Source: a virus (lineage: Duplodnaviria; Caudoviricetes). From it: a stretch of DNA of 57,117 bases. Made by a program: the position numbers and the translations under genes. Every line of letters starts with the position of its first letter. The first letter of the stretch is position 1. Positions 37,390-45,213 of this stretch are shown here, piece by piece. Where the stretch lies: the IMG/VR virus record IMGVR_UViG_3300037096_000048, positions 1 to 57,117 of that record, one strand, 5' to 3'. Below the pieces are notes generated by a model. The model was not told the DNA's origin. It ran no database searches and saw only the letters and a list, made by a program, of their open reading frames with translations.

Positions 37390-38709
37390 ATGACCAAAAT
37401 CGAAACCTTAACCGACTCGCAAAAAGCACTCCTCCCCGTCTATCGTGACCGCTGGTTAAAAATCGGTCTAGCCCCGGGTCCAGCTGACCGCCCGAAAGCC
37501 GAGGACGCAATCCGGCGCGCGTACCAGATAGTAGGGCTTGCGCCTCCAAAACAGATCGTCTGGAGCACATCCCCCCTCTCGGGGTGGCTCACGGTATGCT
37601 GTTTGCGAAATGACGACCTGATGAAAAAAATCTACGCTGATTTCCTGGAGCATTTGAAAGTCCCGGTAGAAACGGCAAAGTCACTTGAGCCGTGGACCTC
37701 GGTGGCAGACTCGGTGGGCCATTCTGTGCGAAACTCAGTGGCAGACTCGGTGGGCCATTCTGTGCGGGACTCGATGGTAGCCTCGGTGTGGGATTCGGTG
37801 CGAAACTCAGTGGTGAACTCGGTGCGAAACTCAGTGGCAGACTCGGTGGGCCATTCTGTGCGGGACTCGATGGTAGCCTCGGTGTGGGATTCGGTGCGAA
37901 ACTCAGTGTGGGACTCGGTGTGTGATTCGGTGCGAAACTCAGTGTGGGACTCGGTGCGAAATTCGGTGGGAGACTCGGTGCGGGTCTCTGTGTGGGCCTC
38001 GGTGGCAGACTCGGTGGTGGACTCGGTGGTGGACTCGGTGGGGGCTTCGGTGGTGGACTCGGTGAAAACTTTTGATTTTTCAGAAACCTGTTTTGGGTCT
38101 CATGACGCTAATTGGCTGGGCTTTTATCAGTATTTTCTCGAAGTGTTAAAAATCGAAGCCTGCGAAAAACTTCTCCCCCTCATGGATCTTTCGAAAGAAG
38201 GCGGTTGGTTTTACCCCTATCAAAACATTTGCGTTATCAGTGAGCGCCCATGTGAAATTCACATGGACGGGACGCAGATCCATCGGGACGGAGGACCGGC
38301 GATCCACTATATGGACGGTTTTGCGGTCTATGCGCTCCACGGCGTCCAGATACCCGAATGGCTCGTTATGACACCGAAGGAGGAACTCGACTCCACTAAA
38401 ATCCTCGCTCTCCCAAATGCCCAGCAGCGGGCCGAAGGGGTGAAAAAAATCGGGATCAGCGCGATGTTATCCGCGCTCAAATGGGAGCGGATTGACAAAA
38501 TGGATGGCTACGAGCTTGGTTCGATTGAGTATGAAGGACGGCGGATTGGGCCGTATCTGTCGATGCAAAATCCCAGTACGGGCGAGCGGCACGTGGAGGG
38601 AGTGGGAACACCCAATGGCGGAGTCGATGAAACTGTGAAAACATGCGAGCAGGCGCTTTCTTGGCGCAATGGAACCAAAACCTATATCAAACCGGAGATT
38701 ATTACATGA
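37390..38709 (+). CDS. DUF6745-like protein with DSVx tetrapeptide repeats
   Basis: ADRPKAE...SPL N-terminus; GSHDANWLGFY, GWFYPY...ISERP, H..GGPAI.Y.DGF. Confidence 0.8.
   Translation: MTKIETLTDSQKALLPVYRDRWLKIGLAPGPADRPKAEDAIRRAYQIVGLAPPKQIVWSTSPLSGWLTVCCLRNDDLMKKIYADFLEHLKVPVETAKSLEPWTSVADSVGHSVRNSVADSVGHSVRDSMVASVWDSVRNSVVNSVRNSVADSVGHSVRDSMVASVWDSVRNSVWDSVCDSVRNSVWDSVRNSVGDSVRVSVWASVADSVVDSVVDSVGASVVDSVKTFDFSETCFGSHDANWLGFYQYFLEVLKIEACEKLLPLMDLSKEGGWFYPYQNICVISERPCEIHMDGTQIHRDGGPAIHYMDGFAVYALHGVQIPEWLVMTPKEELDSTKILALPNAQQRAEGVKKIGISAMLSALKWERIDKMDGYELGSIEYEGRRIGPYLSMQNPSTGERHVEGVGTPNGGVDETVKTCEQALSWRNGTKTYIKPEIIT
37699..38064 (+). repeat. 12-bp-period coding repeat with a 96-bp-period duplication
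   Basis: About 30 S-V-x-x units; 37726-37812 duplicated at 37822-37908. Confidence 0.9.
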
Positions 38710-39023
38710 TTATTCAACAAGGTGACGTGGTGATGAAACGAATCGATTCTATCCCAGCGGGCCAGCGCACTGAGGACGACCTGACCCGAAGTAAAATCCT
38801 CGCCACCGGTGAATCAACAGGCCACGTCCACGCGCTCGTTGACGACACCGATTCGGCCCAGGTTGTGCGCGTCATGGACCAGCTCTACATGATCATCGAG
38901 CGCGCGACGACTCTGAAGCATGAGGAGCATAACCCGGTCACGATCCCGCCCGGGACTTACCAGGTGGATATTGTGAAAGAGGCGGACCACATTTCTGGAG
39001 TAGTGCGGCAGGTTGCTGATTGA
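38706..39023 (+). CDS. Hypothetical protein coupled to the DUF6745-like gene
   Basis: QQGDV, GESTGHVH, LKHEEH, IPPGTY motifs. Confidence 0.8.
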   Translation: MIIQQGDVVMKRIDSIPAGQRTEDDLTRSKILATGESTGHVHALVDDTDSAQVVRVMDQLYMIIERATTLKHEEHNPVTIPPGTYQVDIVKEADHISGVVRQVAD

Positions 39024-39078
39024 CGGGCGCAAGATCACCAGTAACAGATATTGTCGAAGCTGTAAGGGCTATAAATAA

Positions 39079-40089
39079 ATGAGTAAACCTATAGCAGTTT
39101 TAATTTCTGATGTACATTACTCCCTAAGCACCTATAAAATAGCTGATCAAGCCTTCCGGGCTGCCATAGATAAAGCTGCAGAGCTTAGAGTGCCACTGAT
39201 AGACGCCGGTGATCTGACAAATGACAAAGCCATCCTACGGGCTGAAGTCGTGAACACGTTGATAGATACGATGAATTACGCTGCGTATAAGAAGGTTCAT
39301 GTATTTTGCTTAGTCGGCAATCACAGCCTATTAAACGAAAAAGGAAGTGAGCACGCTCTTCATTTTCTAGAGCCCTATGCGACTGTAATAGCTCATCCGG
39401 TCAAAGATTTGGGCCTGCTTCCATTGGGCAACGGTACACTTAACTTCATACCATACCAGCAGTCTGCTGAAAGGTTTCTGCAGTGCATACGGGAGTTTAA
39501 GGCCGGATCTATAGTCATAGGCCACCAGGGCACCATAGGCGGTGACATGGGCCACTACATGAAAGACCCATCTGCTATTGACCCGCATGACATATGCGGT
39601 TACACGGTGTTTCTGGGTCACTACCACTCTCACTACAGTAATGGTACCACCCTGAGCATTGGCAATCCGTACACCTTGACCTTTGCCGAAGCTGCCAGCG
39701 GTCCCAAGGGTTTCCTCGTGCTCTATGCCGATGGTACTTTTACCCGTGAACTACTCCCTAACCTACGCAAGCACGTAAAACTTGAAAGGACAATGGAAAC
39801 ACTTTATGACCCTGTGGATAATGTACGGCCTGGGGATTTGGTCTGGCTTAAGCTTAGCGCTAATTATTCACAGCTTGCGGCCCTCAACAAAACTGAAATC
39901 GGCACCCGTCTCTTCGGACACTCCAATTTTAAATTCGACAAAGTCTGCACTGAGAATGAAGGAGCGGGAGCAAGGGCTAAGACCGGAGCTATGACCGACA
40001 GCCAGGTACTAGACATGGTGATTGACAACACAGATGATTCAAAGGAATATAAGACAAAGCTGAAAGCACTTTGGAGGGAGATACTATGA
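39079..40089 (+). CDS. Mre11/SbcD-like nuclease
   Basis: SDVH, AGDL, GNH, GHQ, GHYH, GNPY; next to SbcC-like ATPase. Confidence 0.85.
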   Translation: MSKPIAVLISDVHYSLSTYKIADQAFRAAIDKAAELRVPLIDAGDLTNDKAILRAEVVNTLIDTMNYAAYKKVHVFCLVGNHSLLNEKGSEHALHFLEPYATVIAHPVKDLGLLPLGNGTLNFIPYQQSAERFLQCIREFKAGSIVIGHQGTIGGDMGHYMKDPSAIDPHDICGYTVFLGHYHSHYSNGTTLSIGNPYTLTFAEAASGPKGFLVLYADGTFTRELLPNLRKHVKLERTMETLYDPVDNVRPGDLVWLKLSANYSQLAALNKTEIGTRLFGHSNFKFDKVCTENEGAGARAKTGAMTDSQVLDMVIDNTDDSKEYKTKLKALWREIL

Positions 40090-40277
40090 AAATAGAAACT
40101 AAGTTTAGCATTGGGGATTATGTGGTTTCAAAAGATAATCCCTGGCTATGTTTTAGAATAGCCCAAATAGTTATATGCGCCGACGGGGCCATCTATTATA
40201 AGAGCGAATGCACCTATGATGGCGCCCACTATGATGCGTATACGTGTAATTTAGAGATCCTAAAAGTATGCGATTAG
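40086..40277 (+). CDS. Hypothetical protein
   Basis: MKIETKFSIGD; SD GGAG. Confidence 0.65.
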   Translation: MKIETKFSIGDYVVSKDNPWLCFRIAQIVICADGAIYYKSECTYDGAHYDAYTCNLEILKVCD

Positions 40278-41965
40278 GAACTTGCTCGGTGCAAAACTTT
40301 GGCTCTTATGCCAATCTTGATATAGACTTCTCAAACTTAGGTCTAGCTCTTATATATGGCTCGACAGGAGCGGGTAAGTCTACAGTAATGGACATAGCCT
40401 GTTGGATTTTGTATGGTATTACGGCTAAGGGCGGCAAGGTAGATGAAGTCAGGTCATGGCAGTCACCGTATGGCGATGCCACAACGGGGGTGTTAGATGT
40501 GGAACTCGGAGATGGAAAGATTACTGTTACTCGCACAAGAGGCAGAGCAAAACAAAACGACTTATTTTGGATTGAATCGGGCTTTGCCGGTGCGCCGTTT
40601 AGAGGAAAAGACCTCACTGAAACGCAAAAACTTCTTGAAACGCGCTTGGGTGTTTCTTCTGAACTATACCGGGTTTCTGCCTACTACCACGAGTTCAGCC
40701 CTTCCGGTCAATTCTTTACCGCAAACGCTAAGGACCAACGAACTCTGTTCGAACGGGTTACGGAGCTGGCTACCCCTGCAAAACTTGCCGAAAGATCTTC
40801 TCAACTCCGAAAAGATGCCAAAATTGACCTCTGCACGGAAGAGACGGCACGAGCTAAACTCACAGGGCGCTTGGAACAACTCCTGGAATCGCATGCTGAT
40901 GCAGTACGCCTTGCATCCAAGTGGGAGTCTAGTCAGGCTCAGACCATCGCAAATCTTGAGGTTCGCAGCAAAGGCTTTGAAGCAGAAAAAGCAAATACCT
41001 TAGCTAAACTCTTAGTCGAACTGAATGATCATGAAGTAAATCGGCAGAATAGCGTTCAACAATTATCCACTAAAATAATTGATCTGAATTTATCGATATG
41101 GCCTGACAGTCGTTATGGGGATAGTGCTGCAACGATAGTGTCTGAAAGACGTTGCAGTCAATGTGGCGCGCTACCAGAGGCGGCTTCTAAGGCCCTTTCA
41201 AGCCTCATGGAGGACAAAGCTGCTAATGATAGGCGTAAAGACCTGCTAGACAGGTACAATGCCGACCTTGGTCGTCTAGCCGCGCACATAAATCCATATA
41301 CACAGCAAATTCAACAAGCTCGACTTGTTGAAAATACATACGCTGAACAACTTAAAAATTGTAGGGAAGCTGGAAACCCGCACACGTTACAATGCATAGA
41401 GCTGGATAGACGGATACAGTATGGTCAACGTGATTTAGACGACCTCCTATTCAATGCAAGTGCTCTGGAGTACCGGGTAGCCCAGCTGTCCAGGCTTTAT
41501 GACCTGTCTTTCGTCTTTCGCGGCCAGCTGCTCAGCAAAGCAATTGAAGACGTGCAAAATGCAACTAATGGGTATCTAAGCAAATATTTTGATGCAGAGC
41601 TGACAGTTACTTTCAGGCTTAACGAAGATGAACTACAAGTCACAGTGTCAAAGTCCGGGTATGACTGCGTCTATCATCAATTATCGAAAGGACAACGCGG
41701 GCTGCTTAAATTATGCTTCAGTATTGCGGTACAGAATTCCGCTGCCAATGCCGCCGGTGTTCATTTTGATAATCTGTTTTTCGATGAAAGTTTGGATGGA
41801 CTGGACCCAGACCTGAAGGTTAAGGCTTATTCACTATTCGAATCTCTAAGTCTTGATCATAAATCTGTGCTAATAATTGAGCATACTTCCGAGTTTAAAG
41901 AATTATTTTCCAGTAAGTACGCGGTAACACTGGAAGGCGATCAGAGCAGGATGGAACTTGAATAA
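40268..41965 (+). CDS. Rad50/SbcC-like ATPase
   Basis: NFGSY, GSTGAGKS, coiled coil with CSQC hook, LSKGQ, FFDE, IEH. Confidence 0.92.
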   Translation: MRLGTCSVQNFGSYANLDIDFSNLGLALIYGSTGAGKSTVMDIACWILYGITAKGGKVDEVRSWQSPYGDATTGVLDVELGDGKITVTRTRGRAKQNDLFWIESGFAGAPFRGKDLTETQKLLETRLGVSSELYRVSAYYHEFSPSGQFFTANAKDQRTLFERVTELATPAKLAERSSQLRKDAKIDLCTEETARAKLTGRLEQLLESHADAVRLASKWESSQAQTIANLEVRSKGFEAEKANTLAKLLVELNDHEVNRQNSVQQLSTKIIDLNLSIWPDSRYGDSAATIVSERRCSQCGALPEAASKALSSLMEDKAANDRRKDLLDRYNADLGRLAAHINPYTQQIQQARLVENTYAEQLKNCREAGNPHTLQCIELDRRIQYGQRDLDDLLFNASALEYRVAQLSRLYDLSFVFRGQLLSKAIEDVQNATNGYLSKYFDAELTVTFRLNEDELQVTVSKSGYDCVYHQLSKGQRGLLKLCFSIAVQNSAANAAGVHFDNLFFDESLDGLDPDLKVKAYSLFESLSLDHKSVLIIEHTSEFKELFSSKYAVTLEGDQSRMELE

Positions 41966-42356
41966 CCCCAGGATTACAGCAAAGGAGCGCGGGTTGCTCA
42001 AGGGTGCTATCCGCAGGGTGTTTAGTCGCTCAGAACTACGACGGCAGGCATCAGAACGAGGTAGGATCACTTACGCTGCTTCAGACAGACCCAAAGTAAA
42101 GAAATGGTCCCGGTGTATGGAGTGCAACCAACCAACACCGACCTACTTGTGCGATCAGGACCACTGGGAACCAATAATTCCTGTAGAAATTAGTCTAGAA
42201 GATATGACTTGGGATCAGGTGATAGATAACGCATTTTGTCCGCTATGGAACCTGCGCACAATTTGCAAGCCATGCCATAAAATCAAAACTCAAGCTGAAA
42301 ACAAGGAGCGCAGGCGTATAAAAGCTGTTAAAAATATCAAATACGTGTCAAAGTAA
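41958..42356 (+). CDS. HNH-like endonuclease
   Basis: CMEC...DH...NLRTICKPCHKIKT. Confidence 0.8.
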   Translation: MNNPRITAKERGLLKGAIRRVFSRSELRRQASERGRITYAASDRPKVKKWSRCMECNQPTPTYLCDQDHWEPIIPVEISLEDMTWDQVIDNAFCPLWNLRTICKPCHKIKTQAENKERRRIKAVKNIKYVSK

Positions 42357-42376
42357 TAACAAAGGCGGTAAACGAT

Positions 42377-42667
42377 ATGGGACAAGAAGCTAAACTGAAA
42401 GACATGAGAAAGCAACTGCGAAACGTGGTCAAGGAATATCTGACAGACACCTGGCACCATGAAACAGTGAGCAAGGCCTTCAAGGAAGTGACGGACGCTA
42501 TGAATAAACGGCTAGACACTATCTCCGAAAACATGACTACGGCTATTAAGAACATCGATGATCGTTCCAAGGATGTCCAGAGCTACATTATCCGGAACAC
42601 TACCCACGTACCGGCGCCGGTAGAAATTCCCGCTAACACGCCGGTAGCTATCACCGAGGAGACCTGA
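42377..42667 (+). CDS. Hypothetical coiled-coil protein
   Basis: 96 aa ORF in operon. Confidence 0.7.
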   Translation: MGQEAKLKDMRKQLRNVVKEYLTDTWHHETVSKAFKEVTDAMNKRLDTISENMTTAIKNIDDRSKDVQSYIIRNTTHVPAPVEIPANTPVAITEET

Positions 42668-42692
42668 AACGCATCGTAGGAGAACAATACAG

Positions 42693-43361
42693 ATGAAAGT
42701 TTTAGTTTTGGGAGATCCACACTTGCCCGCACCAGATTGGCACTTGCTGAAGGAAGCCCACATCTTCAATAAAAGGTTCAAAGCTGACTCAATAGTCTGC
42801 GTTGGAGACCTGACCGATCAGAAGACGTGGTCTAAATATGGGAGGGACACCGACGATTCAGGTAACGATGCAGAATGGCAAGCTACCGCAGACGCTGCGA
42901 GCCGTCTTCTTAGCTTGTTTCCTAAGATGCACATTATTGTTGGAAATCATGATATTAGGTATTTCAAAGCCGCTAACACGGCTGGTGTCCCCTCTCAGCT
43001 GATTAAGTCGCTTAAAGAGGCTTTTCCTATGCCGGGCTGGAAGTGGCACGACACGTCTAGAGGTCCGCTCATGATAGACGGTGTGGGCTATATTCACGGG
43101 GATGAGCAGTCCGGCTCAGCCCTAGCGAAAGCCTGCTTTTTAGGTCATTCAGTAGTACAGGGACACGATCATAAAGGTATTTTGGAATATGCGCAGTCTC
43201 CGCACCGCAAAACTCCGCTATGGGGCATGTCTGCCGGGTGTACTGCCAACCCAAACGGTGCAGGTATGCGGTATGCCAAAAAGATGCTCAGAAAGTCCTT
43301 TGGTTGCTTCTGTGTAGTCGAGGATGGAGTACCTAGAATTTATCCCAAGGGCGCAACATGA
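42693..43361 (+). CDS. Calcineurin-like metallophosphoesterase
   Basis: GDPH, GDLTD, GNHD, HGD, GHDH. Confidence 0.88.
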   Translation: MKVLVLGDPHLPAPDWHLLKEAHIFNKRFKADSIVCVGDLTDQKTWSKYGRDTDDSGNDAEWQATADAASRLLSLFPKMHIIVGNHDIRYFKAANTAGVPSQLIKSLKEAFPMPGWKWHDTSRGPLMIDGVGYIHGDEQSGSALAKACFLGHSVVQGHDHKGILEYAQSPHRKTPLWGMSAGCTANPNGAGMRYAKKMLRKSFGCFCVVEDGVPRIYPKGAT

Positions 43362-43660
43362 AGACTATCCGTCTACCCCCGCAGAATAGTTACCCAGAAC
43401 AAATATATTTTGGCATGGAAACATACAAAATAGTCTACAAGAAAAATTTAGACTGTTATGCTATGACTGATTCCGACACCAAAACTATAGTAATAAAACA
43501 CGGTCTCAACCCACGGGAGTTGCTTAGCACGCTAATACATGAGATGTTGCATGTGGTGGAATTTGAATTGCCTTTGAAGATAAAGCATAAGACTATCCGC
43601 AAGTTAGAAAAAGCAATTTTACATATCTTAATGGATAACTTCTTGGGAGACAAAGCATGA
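43358..43660 (+). CDS. Zincin-like metallopeptidase (HExxH)
   Basis: TLIHEMLH. Confidence 0.75.
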   Translation: MKTIRLPPQNSYPEQIYFGMETYKIVYKKNLDCYAMTDSDTKTIVIKHGLNPRELLSTLIHEMLHVVEFELPLKIKHKTIRKLEKAILHILMDNFLGDKA

Positions 43661-43917
43661 AACTTATTGATAAGCTTACAGAACAATATTTGGACTCACA
43701 TTACCGCATCCCTTACGAACGGGAAGACACAGGTGACGCGTTTCAAGCAGGATTCTGTGCTGCTAGAGAGATGACGGCGGAGACGCTCGCACAGTTCATG
43801 CTTCGATCGGGCCGGGGAGGATATTTGAAGATGCCTGGTTATGTCGCGGGCGGCCGCCAGACCGATGAGATGTCCCTCAGTGATTTAATCCGCCAACTCG
43901 GCGAGGAAGAAGTATGA
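43657..43917 (+). CDS. Hypothetical protein
   Basis: Coupled ORF; AFQAGF motif. Confidence 0.65.
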   Translation: MKLIDKLTEQYLDSHYRIPYEREDTGDAFQAGFCAAREMTAETLAQFMLRSGRGGYLKMPGYVAGGRQTDEMSLSDLIRQLGEEEV

Positions 43918-44243
43918 CCAAAGCCGAATATTTTGAATATCACTCCGCAGTATGTGAAAAGATGATCGCTATCACCAAGGCAAAGAATGCCGACTACACC
44001 GGTGAAGGCGATAACCCGTTCGCAAACTTCAGCCGCGTGGAAGTCTTAGGCATCACGGACACTGTACGCGGTTTTCTGGTGAGAATGACAGACAAGTTGT
44101 CTCGCATTACTTCTTTCGCGCAGAAAGGCATATTGGAGGTAAAAGACGAATCTGTAGAAGATACCTTGCTTGACCTAGCAAACTACTGCATACTGTTGTC
44201 TGGATACATAAAAAGCATAAAAAATAAGGAGAAAGCACTGTGA
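43914..44243 (+). CDS. DUF1599 / nucleotide-modification-associated all-alpha protein
   Basis: KNADY, PFANF, RMTDKLSR, DESVEDTLLDLANY. Confidence 0.8.
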   Translation: MTKAEYFEYHSAVCEKMIAITKAKNADYTGEGDNPFANFSRVEVLGITDTVRGFLVRMTDKLSRITSFAQKGILEVKDESVEDTLLDLANYCILLSGYIKSIKNKEKAL

Positions 44244-44419
44244 CCCTCGAAAAATGGCAGGATATTTTTTCTGACGAAGCTCAAAAGATCACCACGACTC
44301 TGAATCCGCAGAACTGGGCAGAAGAAAGGCGTACTTTTATTATTTTCGTCAATGAAATGGACAAAGCAACTGAAGTATACGCGATGGAAAATGGTCCTCA
44401 CGGGATGGAGAAGAAATAA
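44240..44419 (+). CDS. Hypothetical protein (59 aa), not in ORF track
   Basis: GTG start with SD TAAGGAG; fills gap exactly. Confidence 0.6.
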   Translation: MTLEKWQDIFSDEAQKITTTLNPQNWAEERRTFIIFVNEMDKATEVYAMENGPHGMEKK

Positions 44420-44420
44420 T

Positions 44421-44975
44421 ATGGCGTACAAAAATGTACCTAATTTCAACGACTGCACGACTATAACGCTGGGTGGACAAAATGAAGACGGGAAACCCAA
44501 TCCTACTCAAATAGAAGGTTTCTACTTAGGATCGAAGGTAACGCCCGCTAAGGAGTATGGCCCTGGAATGCTTCATTTCTTCCAGACGGAAAAAGGCGTT
44601 ATTGGTGTATGGGGCAAGACCTGCATGAACAGCATGCTCATTCCAGCTCTAGCCGGTCAAATGTGCCGCGTTACATTCACCGGCATGGGCAAGAAAATCA
44701 AAGGACGCCGCCCGGCATATCTGTACTCCGTTGAACACGATGAGGACAATGTTACAGACGTGTCTGGCGTCAATGTAAGCGGTTCACAAGGTGAAGAACC
44801 TGAATATGACGCAGACGCGGCAGCCGGTGAAGCAGATGAAGGCGGAGACGAAACACAAGCCGATGAGGCCCCTGCAGCCCGCGCCGTACCGCCAAAGTCA
44901 GTAGCACGTGCGCCTTCAGCGGCCAGTCAAGCCAAAGTACAAGCATTGCTCGGTGGAACTCGCCGGACTGTGTAA
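44421..44975 (+). CDS. Putative single-stranded DNA-binding protein
   Basis: OB-fold-like N-half, acidic low-complexity C-half; upstream of primase-helicase. Confidence 0.6.
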   Translation: MAYKNVPNFNDCTTITLGGQNEDGKPNPTQIEGFYLGSKVTPAKEYGPGMLHFFQTEKGVIGVWGKTCMNSMLIPALAGQMCRVTFTGMGKKIKGRRPAYLYSVEHDEDNVTDVSGVNVSGSQGEEPEYDADAAAGEADEGGDETQADEAPAARAVPPKSVARAPSAASQAKVQALLGGTRRTV

Positions 44976-45045
44976 TGGATTTGTCGGGTCGCACCCGGCT
45001 GAACGTCGGAGTTGTGGGCGTGACAGTCGGGAGAGACCGGCACAT
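44970..45045 (+). ncRNA. c4-antisense-like cloverleaf RNA (~76 nt)
   Basis: GTGT/ACAT closing stem; unpaired AATGGATTT; GTCGGG/CCCGGC; CGTC/GGCG; unpaired TGACA; GTCGG-GAGAGA-CCGGC. Confidence 0.7.
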
Positions 45046-45047
45046 TT

Positions 45048-45119
45048 TTAGGGTAATCAGGCGAACCTGGTAATTAAACTGATGGCCTATCTCACTGAAC
45101 TGAGACGCATCGGCCCTGA
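45048..45119 (+). ncRNA. Three-way-junction structured RNA, unknown
   Basis: TTAGGG/CCCTGA; ATCAGG-CGAA-CCTGGT; CTGATG/CATCGG capped by TCTCA/TGAGA. Confidence 0.5.
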
Positions 45120-45124
45120 TTTTA

Positions 45125-45200
45125 TCAGGCTATAGTTTAACCGGTAAAACCTCGGATTGTGGCTCCGATGATTGGTGTTCAAGTCACCATGGCCTGACCA
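45125..45200 (+). tRNA. tRNA-His (GUG) with U-1:A73
   Basis: Acceptor CAGGCTA/TGGCCTG, TCGGA-TTGTGGC-TCCGA anticodon arm, TGGTG-TTCAAGT-CACCA T-arm, ACCA. Confidence 0.9.
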
Positions 45201-45213
45201 TCAGAAGGGGGAT

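Noticed and set aside
37699-38064. Possible CRISPR array or DGR template/variable repeat
   Set aside because: Units are in-frame 12-mers without unique spacers; no adenine-specific variation, and no cas or reverse transcriptase gene was found
45172-45213. ORF-track N-terminal extension of primase-helicase
   Set aside because: Overlaps tRNA-His; ATG 45214 has a proper SD
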